A DNA stretch of 51,006 nucleotides, from assembly GCA_026025075.1 (NCBI GenBank), contig JAPEUI010000112.1:1-51006 (forward strand), in the 5' to 3' direction. Both the position numbers and the translations under genes were made by a program. This DNA is from Vezdaea acicularis (taxonomy: Eukaryota). Below, piece after piece: positions 15,021-28,213 of this stretch. Numbering within the stretch: position 1 is the first letter of the stretch; each line of letters starts with the position of its first letter. The notes beneath the pieces are model-generated. The model had not been told where the DNA came from, searched no databases, and was given only the letters and a program-made list of their open reading frames with translations.

Positions 15021-15373
15021 ATGAGGTACTCAGGATTGCAAAAAGATGTTCTTTCACTATACCGGCAATGCCTCCGCGAGTGTCGGATCAAACCGTCTGT
15101 AAGTTCCAATCTTTCGATTTCAGCTCGTCATTTGCACATGTTAACAGCGCATAGGAGACCCGCCATAACTTCATAGAATACTCAAGGTAAGGCAAATTGA
15201 TATACATGGTCATGGCAGAACCTTCTACTGACTTGCAGCTGAACAGGTCCGAGTTTCGTAAGAACATAACGCTGGATAAGAAGGACTTTGCAGCGATAGA
15301 GTACCTGCTCCGTAAGGGTCGACGGCAACTCGAGATCTACTCTGCGCCAGGGGTTCGGAATATTATGAAATAA
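15021..15373 (+). CDS. SDH6: Succinate dehydrogenase assembly factor 1 (LYR-motif protein), 78 aa, 3 exons
   Basis: Not in the ORF track. Exons 15021-15098, 15155-15186, 15247-15373 give MRYSGLQKDVLSLYRQCLRECRIKPSETRHNFIEYSRSEFRKNITLDKKDFAAIEYLLRKGRRQLEIYSAPGVRNIMK. Confidence 0.9.
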
Positions 15374-15644
15374 AGATGAATGGGGTTTAAAGTATTATTC
15401 GAGGTACGACAAGACATACCGCGTTACGCTTAGTTGCATGAGGCGGGAATACCGATGTCTGAGTACTCAGGACAACCTCGGCCACTCCCTCAACGATAGA
15501 TCTAGAACCAGACGAACAAAATGCGCCGAGCGTAGAAAATTTTAATTCCTTGCGACGGCTAGGGGATATAGAATGATCGCTTCTAGACATGGACTGGGTA
15601 CTTGTCCTTGCTCGGCTGGAGGTGAGTACCTCGGCAATGAAAAG

Positions 15645-15664
15645 CTTCTAGAAGGTCCTAGAAG
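15645..15664. promoter_or_regulatory. Heat shock element upstream of the small HSP gene
   Basis: cTTCtaGAAggTCCtaGAAg: alternating nGAAn units, 3 of 4 perfect; TATATAAA at 15791-15798. Confidence 0.7.
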
Positions 15665-15848
15665 CTGCGAGCGGCCGGAGGAACTTCAACGCCGCCTGAC
15701 GAATCCAAATCGCATTATCAATTCAATACGACGCCAACAAATATGCTGACGATGGCAATGGTGCCTTCGCGAAGTGTACTTCGCTTCGAATATATAAAGC
15801 CACCTTAGCCGTGCCAGGGTTCGACTTTCTTTTCATCAGAATCATTCT

Positions 15849-16556
15849 ATGCTATCTCGAGCAATCTCAAGACTACCTACACAAGTAATCAAAGTCATTA
15901 AAACTCCTATCATCATCCAACCCAGACGCGAAATGGCATTCTTCACACGCTTCCCCGCGAACGACTTTGCACCCTTCTTCCAACTCCTTGAGGAAGTCGA
16001 CAAGCCTCGCCATCATAAGGCTAGATGCGTACCTCGAACATTCCAACCACGGTTCGACGTCCGAGAAGTCGAGAACACCTATGAGCTTCAGGGTGAGCTC
16101 CCAGGTATCGAGCAGTCCAATCTTTCGATTGAGTTCAGCGATGAGCATACCTTAGTCGTTAAGGGTCACTCCGAGCGTGGATCATCAAAAGCCGCCGGCA
16201 AGGCATCTGAGAAGGCGGCCGAGAGCAACGACGAGTTCGAGAGTATTACCGTGGAGGATGCTACACCAACGGAGAAGTCCCACCAGCCTACCGTCGAGGA
16301 TGAGGCCGCCGCTTCTGAGGCCGAGTCATCCACAGTCGCCGCTGCTACACCAGCCACCGAGTCACCAAGGGAGCCAACAAAGCCCAAGGTCAAGTACTGG
16401 GTTTCAGAGCGATCAGTCGGTCAATTTAGCCGCTCCTTCCGCTTCCCGGAGCGGGTAGACCAAGAAGCCGTGAAGGCTAGCTTGAAGAATGGCATCCTGA
16501 ACGTCATTGTCCCGAAGGCTGCTATCCCAGCCCCGAAGACGATCCAGATCGAGTAA
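15849..16556 (+). CDS. hsp30: Small heat shock protein (Hsp20/alpha-crystallin, Hsp30-like)
   Basis: FQPRFDVRE, ELPGI, VSERSVGQFSRSFRFP, ASLKNGILNVIVPK, terminal IQIE (IxI); intronless; second ATG at 15933. Confidence 0.92.
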   Translation: MLSRAISRLPTQVIKVIKTPIIIQPRREMAFFTRFPANDFAPFFQLLEEVDKPRHHKARCVPRTFQPRFDVREVENTYELQGELPGIEQSNLSIEFSDEHTLVVKGHSERGSSKAAGKASEKAAESNDEFESITVEDATPTEKSHQPTVEDEAAASEAESSTVAAATPATESPREPTKPKVKYWVSERSVGQFSRSFRFPERVDQEAVKASLKNGILNVIVPKAAIPAPKTIQIE

Positions 16557-16850
16557 AATCATTCGTTTCTCGACCGCTCCTACGCTCCTTAAACACCACC
16601 ATACCGACTTGCATCACTCTCTAGTAGGCATAGACGACGGATAGTTGCATTTGCATACATTGCATGGGCGGCGCATATCATACTGTACTATCTAGAATAA
16701 CTGTCTCATAAGACTTAATACGAGTTTGTCTGAACCCATCTAAATCGCACTTCTATGCAGTGATCGCTTGTTCAACGAATTTCCCAGTGCTTCCCGTGCA
16801 TTCGCCTGTACTCTCGTCGATGGACCCTTCATATTCGGCTGGCGGTCAGA

Positions 16851-17428
16851 TCATCGCACAGGCCGCCGTCCTCTAGTTGCAACCTCAATCGCCACTGCTC
16901 CCCACTCTTCCCCATGATTATGCACTTCTCTCCCTTCCCTTCTAGAACCGTCTGTGTGTACTCCTGCCCTCTCCCAAGCCTGCTCCTCCGTCAACACCGT
17001 CAACACCCCTAAAACAACCGGCACGCCCGTATCCAGCTGGACCCGCATAAGCCCTTGCGTCGTCGCCTCGGAGATGTATTCGAAATGCATGGTTTCGCCC
17101 TTGATCAGGACTCCGATGGCAATGATCGCATCGTAACTCTCATTCATGCCTTGTATGTGTTCCTGCTGCACCGCAAGGGGAAGCTCCCATGCGCCTGGGA
17201 CTGATATGACGGCGATATCCTTCTTTAACACATCATGTGCCCGCAATGATTTGAGACAACCTTCAACAAGAGTCTTTATGATAGGACTGTTCCACCGGGA
17301 GTGCACTATTAGGATTTTGTAGCCAAAACCTGGGAGAGTGGGTCAGGAGGCGGGGTTTCAATGCTGCGAAGGTGGGGGGTTATACCATCTAGCTTTGGAG
17401 CGTCCCCAGGACCCTTGACAGAATCCAT
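16851..17428 (-). CDS. RIB4: 6,7-dimethyl-8-ribityllumazine synthase
   Basis: Exons 17428-17386 and 17329-16851; IVHSRWN, VPGAWELP, IGVLIKGETMHFEYI, HNHGEEWG. Confidence 0.92.
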
Positions 17429-17695
17429 GGTAAAGAAGTTTGTCCCGGGCAGATGAGAGGAACTCGCGATCCCAGCTCAGATTTTGACAGGTCCTTTCAG
17501 AGCATATAGCCGTACCGACGTAGTCCGCAACAGAGGAGCAACTTTTTGATGGTGGGGTTCTTGCAATTCTAACTTACCGAGGAGCCAAAGCTGTTCTACC
17601 ACAACCCACCACTACGCACCAAGCTCCCCAAACAACCAACCCCCACCTCACCTCCAACCCGACAAGATCGCAGCTCCCCGCCATACCCTCACATA

Positions 17696-18075
17696 ATGGA
17701 AAACGGCACCGAAAGCTCCACACACGACCCATCCGGGTTCCTGAGCGAGATCATCGGCGCGACCGTCACCATCAAGCTCAATTCCGGAGTCGTCTACAAA
17801 GGTGCCCTTCCCTTTCCCGCTCCGTCCCACTAAGAAGCAGAAGACTGATGTGAGCGGGGATGCGCGTAGGCGAGTTGCAGTCAGTCGATGGGTATATGAA
17901 TATTGCGCTGGAGAATACGGAGGAGTTTGTGGATGGGAAGCTGAGGAGGAAGTATGGAGATGCGTTTGTGAGGGGGAATAATGGTAGGTGGCTGGTGATT
18001 TTTTTCTGGTGGGAGGTGTGGCTGATCCAGGCGTTGCGAGCAGTCATGTACATCTCGGCATATAAGGGACGCTAG
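17696..18075 (+). CDS. LSM6: U6 snRNA-associated Sm-like protein LSm6
   Basis: Exons 17696-17801, 17870-17983, 18044-18075: DPSGFLSEIIGATVTIKLNSGVVYKGELQSVDGYMNIALE...YGDAFVRGNNVMYIS. Confidence 0.92.
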
Positions 18076-18478
18076 GGCATTAGGGGGAGAGGGTTGGGAT
18101 GGGAAGAGAAGCTCCCATACACAGTCAAAGCATCACAGGAGTCAAGGCAACGTCATCGCGAAATGCCTTTTATTTAGTGTCTAGTAACATGCAGCAAAAG
18201 AGCGACCTGCACCAGCTTGCTAGTCAAGCGTGAAAGTAGGCCTATGTACACCACCGCTAGACCATGAGAACGTTTCGTAGAGTCGAGCTATAGCAAGCTA
18301 CGCAGCAGACCAATGAGCCAAGACGTTCAACGTCGGACGAGGAGCAGAAGCGCATCTGAACAAGAAAATCAAGGAAACGTTGATATATACATTGTCTCCG
18401 CGCTGGTTCAATGATCGTGGGTATAGTCGCTAGTAGTTCAGAGCCACCCATGAAAGTCCTCGCATCCATTAGGTTTTG

Positions 18479-21400
18479 TTAACCACGGAAGAGAAACATC
18501 ATATCCTCTGGGGTGAGGTTGGCCATGGCGCCTTCATCGGCATTGATCGTGAAGTTGATCATGTTTGCCTTCTTCTCCTGCAAAGCAACTATACGGGATT
18601 CGACCGAGTCTTCGATAATAAGCCGGGTGATAATGCAGGGTCGACGCTGACCGATGCGGTGACAGCGATCGGCAGACTGCCACTCAGCAGCTGGGTTCCA
18701 CCATCTAGATATATATTAGCATGAACCCCTTGACACGGGGCAGAAGGGTGCTTACGGGTCAACAAGAAAGACCCGTGACGCTTCAGTCAGATTGAGCGCC
18801 ACACCGCCTGCTTTGAGAGATACGAGGAAAACTTCGACGTCGACGTTCTCCATGAAGTACTTGATACTGGACTGACGCTGTGCCGGACTCATCGTACCAT
18901 CTAGCATGACCGTCTTAAAGCCAACGCGGCGCAAGCGCCACTCAACAAGTTGCAGCATAGATGTAAATTGGGAGAAGACGATGCTTTTTTCGGTCCTCTT
19001 GCTGCTCCGTAGGTTATACAACTCTGAGACCAGAAGCTCAATCTTGGTTGAAGAGGTCCAGTTGTCCATTTTGATGCGGTTAATAATACTAGACTTCTTG
19101 ACGGCAACCTCATCTTGCTCGCGCTCTGGTTGTGTGAGGTCAATTGCCAAAGGAATGTGGCAACGTGGGCAGTCTGCATCATCCCCAGAGCCTTCAAAGG
19201 ATTGCATGAAGTTTTTAGCGCAGTTCCGACAGAAGTCATGTCTGCAGTCCGATCGAATTGCGTCTTCTGCAGGCTCGTCACAGACAACACAAATAAGGAT
19301 GTTCTGGCCCCCTTCGGCGTTTTTCTTCAGGATCAAATCTGGATGGTCCGCAACTTGCCGCATCTGCATGATTAAACCGAAGATATTGGCGTAATTGTTC
19401 AGAACAACCCTCTGAGAGACGTAAGTGTCAAATTGACGGTTGGTGTTAGTCATGATACTGTTCGCGAAATCGTGCTCAATCTCTCCAAAGAACTGCTGGC
19501 TCAAAATGATGTCCTTTGGAGGCAATTCCATAGAAGCCGTGTGGTCACGCTTGTTTCTTCGCAGCATGAGGCGATCGGTCAGTAGACGAAGCTTGTCGAA
19601 AGCAATCTTCCCTCGACCACTGTTTCCGTACTTCTGGACGTCATCCAAAATCTCCTGGTTGAATACAGAGACGTGATTGAAGCTGCTATGGTTACACTCT
19701 TGACACATCCGACTCTCCCCCGTGACAGACCAGTGCAGTTGAGTACACGAACATGACTTACACATGTAGCATGCGAATGGAGTAACATCGAGGAACCTTA
19801 GTAGTGAAAAGAATTCTGCAATTCTGTTTTGTAGCGGAGTTCCTGAGAGACACCATTTATGATCTGCATTAAGAGCAAAACATGCTTTTGCAACTCCAGA
19901 CGTACGACTCTGCCGAAAGTTAGAATATATGTAGACTGAGACATACCATGCCATACCTTAATATTGTGGGCCTCGTCAAGGATAACTCGATGCCACTGGA
20001 GACAGTGAAGCAGGCTGTCTTCTTTGATGAGTACATCTTCGCCGTCGATATCTTTGCGAGACCATCCCTTGCGCTCCTTTCGATGCATCGATTCTAAGCT
20101 GGAATCTATGAGTAATCATCAGTATTTTTGTTATATCATACTTCCGGGAAAGACCTACAAGATATCATGATGACATCAAATTTTCGGACGTCTTTCACAG
20201 TCAATCCTTTGGACTTTGGGTTCGTTCCGTGGTGCACCAGTACCTTGAGCTTGCCATCTGTGTAAGCATTGATTTCGCTTTGCCATTGCATGAGTGCAAC
20301 AGGGGGTACTATAACGAGTGTAGGGTTCTTCGCTGGCCAATCCGACATGATCAGGGAAACAGCTTGGATTGTCTTGCCCATGCCCATTTCGTCTCCAAGG
20401 AGTCCGCCCTTCCAATGCGTCTTTTCTTGTCTAATCATCCAGTTCAAGCCCTCGAGCTGGAATGGCTTGAGTTGACGACTAATAGCCTCAGGTTGTTTTG
20501 CCTTTTGTGGCTCGATGACCGGCTCATCTGCCAATTCTTTCCACATTGTCAAAATTTCAGGGTGCTGCCATTCTAGTTTGTTACGTTCTTTCTGCTCCCG
20601 ATCCATCTTAGAATGACGGATGGCTTCAGCTTTTGACATGGGCCCCCTAGCTGTAGGTTTCGGGGCTTTCTCAGGAACAGGCTTCTTTGTACGTTTGTCA
20701 ATCACCTTGACTTTAGACTTCTTCTCCCTTTCATCAGATTCAGATGCTCCATCCGAATAATTGTCTCCATTTTCCGCGCCACCTCTAGATATCCACCTTA
20801 GACGTGCGGCTTCAGCGTGCGTCATTGGAGCCCGTGAGCGACCTTTCGACCGCGGCTTGAAGCTGACCTCGGAGCCTGCATCTGAATCTTCGATGGCCTC
20901 TTCATAAACCTCACTTCTCGCATCAGAATCACGGTACTCATCCTCATCGTCGTCGGCAGAGTCGTCTTCTAAACAAAACCCCCGATACTTGACATTCTTT
21001 TGACGTGTAACTCTTGTTCGCTTCACCGATGTCTTCACGCCAGTGCCGCCATCTTCGACTTGGATTCGGGACTTCGCGCTGCTCTTAAGTGCAGAATAAT
21101 CGTTCTCTAGTGTTAACTCTTGCTTGTCAACCGTTGAACGTGTAAGCCTGGCACGCTTTGATACGCGAGGTCTACTATTAATGTATTGTTTAACATCATC
21201 CGAACCCTCATTATACTCCTCCTGCTGAAGCTGACGAGCGAGGCTAAGATCGTCGGACTCGCCACCAGACTCATTATTTGACGCTCCTGCCTTACGCTTC
21301 TTACTCCGCCTCGAGCCGGCCCCAAGCGACCACTGGCTATTGCGAAGCTCCAACGCGCGCAAGGTAGGGTTCACTCTCGAAGTGAGGTCGTTTGACTGAG

Positions 21401-21827
21401 ACTTCGCCGTAACCTGACGTGAACGAATGGGCTCGGCCGGAGTTACAGCGGCACTAGTCTCCGGAGTATCGTAGGTAGTTGTATTTTCTCCAGCCCTGGT
21501 AGAGAGCGAGGAGATCGAGCTAGAGGAAGAATCATCATCAACCATAGTTGAGATGATTTGACCTTCTCCACTAAAACCCTCCCGTTTGTTTTTTACACGA
21601 CCTCCTGATCGGATACTTGCTGATTGGCGTCAGTAAGGAAAACGGTGAGTGGGTAAGGCTGGCCAAAAGTGATGAAAGAACATAAGAGGCGGTAACTGAG
21701 CATGTTTGTAACAGTCGACTTATTGAAATATGTCTTGCTTACATCGAGTTGATGAGTTTTTTGAAGACCTAGAAATTTGAGCGGAGTCGTCCCCCTTATA
21801 GACCTTTCTAGCACCTGTTCCGGCCAT
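18479..21827 (-). CDS. RAD16: SNF2-family RING-finger DNA repair ATPase Rad16
   Basis: [17 protein letters not shown] insertion, [17 protein letters not shown]-terminus FLFRG*. The 5' exon (ATG 21827) is inferred and less certain. Confidence 0.92.
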
Positions 21828-22382
21828 TTGTGAATCCTTCGCTCGTTCCCCGGATTTGTACAGGATAAGTGCAGGAAATTCGGTCTATTGCGAAGAACCT
21901 CAGGATGAGCTCAAGAAGGGTTATTTGCCCAGCACTCTCGCAAAGGGAGCAATAAAAGTCTCTACCTAGTAATGTAGACTGTGATACGGTAACGACGGGG
22001 TGGCTACAGAAATTGAGATCCCTCGGGACGATACGCGAGGATTTCTGATTGTCTGAAAGTTCCGCCACGCGAACAAGGGGGGGGCGAAAACACGCCAACA
22101 CTGCAAGCACTTTAGGAGCGCGTCAACACGGGTCGCGTCCAACCACCGTTCCTATTGGTCGAGATACCGAGGCAGCCAGAAAATATCCATAGACAAATGC
22201 GCCTTCCCCGCGAAAAGAGTCTTCATACTTGTCATAGTGTCGACTGAGAGCATTACCATTGACCTTCCATAGTTCTGTTCTCACACTTGCTGCTGAGAAA
22301 TATCTGCACCTGAAGAATAAGGCTTTGCGGTTGAGATCAAAGAGGCCCCAGTGAACGGCGACTGTCAGCTAGCCCAGCCATC
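21828..22382. promoter_or_regulatory. Putative bidirectional RAD16/RAD7 promoter with CGCG (MCB/SCB-like) cores
   Basis: ~555-bp divergent intergenic region; ACGCGA at 22033 and 22067, CGCGT at 22119 and 22134, CGCGAAA at 22209. Confidence 0.5.
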
Positions 22383-24577
22383 ATGTAAGTTCAAACGCTC
22401 ACTAGTTTCCTTATCCGTCCAACTGATCATAGACCTAGGTCAGCTCGGCGCAATGCCGGTAACAATCGTATTCGAGGACCGTGAGTATTTAGCTTACCCT
22501 GAGCCTCTCCCTCAAGCAAGAGCGTTGCTAACTTCATATTTTGCAAAACAGACAGTCTGCATTGACCGACTTCTTGGCTGTAAATACCTCTGAGACCCTT
22601 CTGCAGTTATCAAGCGATGCTAACGGCAATCAAACGTAGGCTAATAACATATCTGCAAATCAAATTGCCTCAGACTATCAAGCTCGCCAACGGAGTACTG
22701 CCGATGCTGAGCGTCAAGTCGAGACTGCGGAAGCTGAAGGAAAGTCGCTCAGTGATCAGGAAGCCGAGTTAAACAGCATAAATCCACGACCCGGCAACTT
22801 CAGAGATGTAGAATCAGCCATTCACCGAGCTAGAGAGCGCCGAGATGAGATCGCTGCCCGCGGTATAGCGGCGGAAGAAGATGGCGCTTCAGCAGGTGCA
22901 AAACGAAGGGGGGAAGTTGAAGAAGCTCTTAGCAAACAGAAGAGACTAAGAAAACACCAGGAAGATGCCAAGAAGAAAAAGAAGCTCAAAAACAAGAAGG
23001 GTGGTAATGACGACGATGACGACGAGGATGAAGATGACCTTCACTTAGCAGCAAACGATTGGGAAAGATACCGGAAAACGAAGGTACCAGGACAGCTTGA
23101 GAATTGCGAAGCCTGCAGTAAAAGGTTTACGGTCACGACTTACAGCAAAGGCGGACGTCGTGGAGGTCTTCTTTGCAAGCAGTGCTCTCAGGTTGTTGAA
23201 GTTGAAGAGAAAAAGGCCAAACCGAAGAAGAGGGCGGCTGTTCGACGCGACAAAAGACTTCAAGCTGCCAGCAAGCATTTGGACGGAATTGCTGTCCAAA
23301 AGGGCGCTAGGAGTCTGGTAGATATGTGTATCGAGAAGGTCGCGAAGCACATTGATGAGGTGGACGATTTCGGAGACCTTCCTAAGCAGCTTCTTGATCA
23401 AATCACGCGAATTCTATCAAAAAGACGAGCTATCACATCCCACACTCAATTTCTCTTTCTACGACCAGACTATGAAGAGGTCATTCTTCACGATTGTGCG
23501 AAGCTTGAAACCGATGACTTCATCCGTATTTTTGCGGTGTGCAAGGATCTCAAAAAGCTGAAGCTTGGGTGGGCAAACCAGTTCAAGAACGAGGTCATCG
23601 ATTACATGATCGATAAGAAGCACCAGCTTGAGTACATACACCTAAACGGTGCCAATCTCATCGACGATGAGCATTGGATAAGGCTCTTCAAGTCACAGGC
23701 TCGTGGACCTCTGAAGACTGTCAAGATTGATTGGTGCGATGCGCACTTGAACGATAAAGCCATCAAGGAGATGGCGAAGCACTTGCCAAATCTCGAGACT
23801 GTTAGCTTCAAGACTTGCTCGAGACTTACCAGCACAACTGCAGCTACACTCTCTGGACTGAAGAAGCTGAAGCATCTCTCACTCGCTCCATCTTCTAACG
23901 CTCCGCTCTGGAAATGCCAAGATCTTTGTAATCTTTTCAAACATACTGGCAAGACTTTGGAGACTCTCACCCTAAGCAACTTCAGCGAAGCCGATGACTC
24001 GCTACTCAAGTGCATTCACGACAACTGCTCTAGCCTCTCAAAACTCGTGCTCACAGAAAACGATCTCTACACCGATGAAGGCTTCACCTCCCTCTTCACC
24101 GACTGGGCCAACCCACCTCTACGCAAATTCAACGCCAGTGGTATAAGATTCATGGTGAACATCAACCCAAACGACAACAAGGACAAAGTCGGCCTCTGTG
24201 GCGACGGCTTCAAAGCCCTGATGGAGCACTCCGGCAGTGCACTCACCTATCTAAACATCAAAGGCTGCCGACACATCCCTCTTGCCGCTCTTCTCGATGT
24301 TTTCGACGGCGTCAAGAAGTACGGCCGTCTCGAAACCATCGAGCTGTCCTTTGTATCTGGCGTTGACGACGCTGTTCTGGCTGGTTTGTATCGTAGCTGC
24401 CCGGCTGTTAAGCGCGTGCTTGTTTTCGGCTGCTTCAATGTCATGCAGTCGGTTCCGCCCAAGGGAGCTGTCTTGCTAGGCGTGCCGAAGGCGCAGGATA
24501 GTCTGGAGATCTGGGGCGAGGACACTGTGGGTGCTGCGGAGGAAAATGAGCTGGATATGATGGAGCTTTCTCACTGA
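22383..24577 (+). CDS. RAD7: Leucine-rich-repeat nucleotide excision repair protein Rad7
   Basis: Spliced N-terminus MSARRNAGNNRIRGPQSALTDFLAANNISANQI (3 introns), CxxC...CxxC motif (CEACSKRFTVT...LLCKQC), then LRRs. Confidence 0.88.
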
Positions 24578-25016
24578 ACTCAGGTGTGCGAGCAATTTTC
24601 GTTATGATTGTGGACCTATATGAGGATATTGGTTGCATCCTATGCCCAGCTTCATACGAGTTCTCTTTACTCACTCAACGCTAAGTAACGTCATCACACA
24701 GCCCTGACAAAAGGTCACGATCAGGATCAGGGCCAGTCTGTACAGTAGCTAGCTTTGCGCCTTACTTTATTGAAAGCTGCCAAGATAAGCTTGGCCTGCT
24801 GATTAGAGCCGCAGTCTCGAAATCAATGAAAGTTGAAAAATCGCTCGTCTATGATGTCGCTATGCACGCTTTAAACCAACCCCTCGGCTCTCAAAAACCG
24901 TGGTATAAGTCTTCCGTACCCAATGCTCCTGGTATGCTAAAGACCGTCAAGGAAAGACATGAAAGAGAGGTATATACGTGAGGACGACAGACATTATGCA
25001 TGCCCGTTCAGCAGGT

Positions 25017-27441
25017 TCATACTTTACTACAATACGCAGGACCTTTCTTCGCCATGCCCGAAGCCCAGCTCCAGAGTGTAAGAGCAGTGGTATATACCAT
25101 GGCAATAAGACCAAAGGTAATCAGAGCTATATCGCTGTACCGATGGAAGCGAGATTTCGCAACAGCCTTGAGATGTAGCAAGGGCTAGAGGGCAGTTATA
25201 TTAGCTCTATTGAATTGTATTGCTAAAGAAGTGATATAGACTTACCGGATAGACGTAGACTAGCGGCACGCAGGCAAAGCTGCCCACGAGTGCTACGAAT
25301 TTGTCCAAGTCCTGGGCCCCAAACCAAGCAACAGCGGTGCAAAACGCAACGAGGAAGAATCGATAAAGATTCTTCTGCCACTTGATGTTGCGATTGTATT
25401 TTCCGCTTTTGGTAAAGAATGCGTTCTCTGTGATTCGAATTGCTGGGAAGAGCTGTAGCGGCGTTGACAGAAGAATTGCGAGCGAGTAAAGGAGTTGTAC
25501 GGTATTGACCATTTTGTCATCTTGCGGCATATTGAGAATCACAACCGTCTTAGTTTTTGACCCATAAGCTGCATACGAGAGAGCCCCTATGCTCGTAAAC
25601 AGTATAGTAATGATAACCATGACCGCAGCAAGGACAGGTGGAAATTGCGATGGCTTTTTCATCGCTTCCTGAATTGGAATAATGAGACCAACACCTTCGA
25701 AGGTGAAAATGGCCACTCCAGTGAACAAGGTCCAGTTCCGAGGATTGAAAGGAATGACATCAGCGACGCCGCCCTGACGAACGATTGTAAAAATGTCGTA
25801 GTAATACAAATAGGTTAGCCCCAGCAAGATGAATGCATCCGCAATTAGAGCCGTAACACCAAGTTTGGATATGTTGCGGATGAAAGAAAGGGGGGTGAAT
25901 ACAACAAGCTGTCCCAGAATGAACCACTTGGCCTCAATATTCCAGCGACATTGCGAGACAGCAGAGACGAACGCATGTAAGCTCTCCGATACAAAGACGA
26001 TATACGCTGAAGCAAAGCCGATCTGTGACAGGACGATGGAGAAAAGGATGATATCCCGCATGCCTTTCCCATAAAGCTTTCCACCAATATCGCCGAAAGA
26101 GCCCTCGATTTTCAAGCGGGTGTTGACCAGAAGAATGAAGCAGTAGTAGCTGAGGGATGCTATGAACAGAAGCACGACACTGCTGAAGATCATACCGCCA
26201 TTTAGGAAGGCTTTTGGAAGGAAGAGTACGCCAGTACCAACGAAAGATTTGAGAAGCAGAAGCATCGCACCGCCTGCTCCACTCTTGCCGGTAGCACTCC
26301 TTTCTTTTCGCTTACGCATCCTCAATCCTGGTGTTCCGGGCGCCAACAAAGCACTGCCTTCGTCAGGCTCTCGAATGTCTTCTTCATCTTCTGTAACGCT
26401 TCTTGGTCTGCCGAGTCCTTCTGGTCCAAAGTACTCATCGGGACCCAAAACTTCGTCATCTTCTTCGAGTTCCTCGCCAGCGAAATGACCGTAAAGGCTT
26501 AAGAACTCGATAAAATTTCTCGTAAACAATACAGGCTGACCATTTGCAGAGTTCTCATGGCTTCCGTTGGTGTAATTTGGTCCCCTCCGTGAGAAGTTAT
26601 CCGCAGTTCGCTGTATGAAATTTCTTCGAATACCTCCAGGGACCTTTATCGATTGAATATCGAGTACCTCACTTTCAGGTTCTGGGCGCGAAATGTGGAA
26701 ACTTTTACTTCGCTGTGTGCGCCCTGTGCCTGATGCTTGCGCTTCTGCATCTTCTGCCCACTTGTAAATCTCTCGCGTTACGTCGCCGCCTTGCAGTTGC
26801 AAGCTAGAGAATTCGTCTTCGTCGACACCAGTCCCAACGTTAGAATTGGATGGTTCTCCGCGAAGGTGAAACGGATGGCGACTTCCGCCCGCGGCATCGT
26901 CGAACCTGTCATGGTCGGTGGGCGGGTTATTTGCTTGGACCAGATGTCGCCTCACGATTTCAGGATCCTCCAAAGGTGCGGGCCCTGACCAACCCGGCGT
27001 GCCCTGTATAGACCGTGCACTGATTGAACCATAATGACTTTGGGGCCCGCTTCCCCTTAATGCTTCAGAAGCGTGCTGTGGTGATAATGGACGTATTGGA
27101 GGGGTCCCATGACGAGGTGGGCTCGCCCCAAGATAGCCCTGAAGCGCGGCCGCCAGCGCAGAAGAGCCTGGTCCTGGCAGGCCATAGTCCCCTTCTGCGC
27201 CAGGAAGCGGATCTTCCGGGAGAGGCGAACTTTGCCGTATTTGTGAAGAGGTTGGTACTTGCCGAACTGTCGGAGAGCTTCCGAGCCCGCTTGTTGGTAT
27301 TGGAGACGCCAGCCGGGCTGTTGATGTTGCTCTACTTGAAGCTTCGTCGAGTTCAAGCCTGCCACGAGGCGCTCCTGGAGAGCCCGAGACAGGCACTGGT
27401 CGTGCACTGGGTGATGAAGAATGCTCATCGCGTTCAGCCAT
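25017..27441 (-). CDS. AVT3: Vacuolar amino acid transporter (Avt3/Avt4-like, AAAP family)
   Basis: LQGGDVTREIY, FTRNFIEFLSLYGHFAGEEL, LLLKSFVGTGVLFLP; last exon 25184-25017 (PLLHLKAV...). Confidence 0.88.
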
Positions 27442-28213
27442 GGCTCATGCGTTTGTGGAGTCTTTAGCTACCAAGTGGAAATGATGAGATGATGGAGTTA
27501 GATTTTAGGGTAATCAGCATAGCGGATGATGTGTGAGGGTCAAAAAGATTGAAAAATAGCTAAAGAGCCTCAAATAGTAAGGGATTCGCCTGAGAACCTT
27601 TATTGTAAGCCCATTGAAGTTGTAGCATTTCAAGTTCTTGCGTCGGCTGAAGGTCATAGCGGTGTCGTTTAAAGTTGAAGGTTATGGAGAAAGTGCGGAC
27701 GGGCATCAGGTGATGCAACTAACAAATTATTAAATAGTCACTTGATCAGCCTATTTCAAAAGCCTAGATACTTCCTACAAGGCTCAGAGTGAGCCTAGAT
27801 CAATTCGACTAACCAGGTTTAAACTCTTATTTCCTCGTCATCGGCAAAGGGTGCAGAGCGGTATACAGCAGTCAAATCGCATGTTTCCATCACTATTAAT
27901 GTTAATAGGTCCGCCCAATCGTGTGACATCAGAACTTTGAGCACAAGGCGCGTTCATGGGCTTGTCCTGAGCTGCAGCACTGAACACGAACTGGTATAAG
28001 TCACACTACGATTACGCTGACTAGGTTACCATCAGCATTCCTAGGTAGCATCTGGCACGCATGATATTCGCCCTAGGACTCTTGAAAGGCCCATGAAACG
28101 CTTCTAAAGATTCTCTTGAAATCCGACAGACCAAACCTGGTCCTCGCCTAAGAGTCTACCAAATGATCCTTTTATGATAGTAGATGCCCAGAGGGCCTCG
28201 TTGAAATTTCAAC

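Noticed and set aside
14918..15109. 63-aa minus-strand ORF
   Set aside because: Overlaps SDH6 exon 1 in antisense; the plus-strand spliced gene explains the region.
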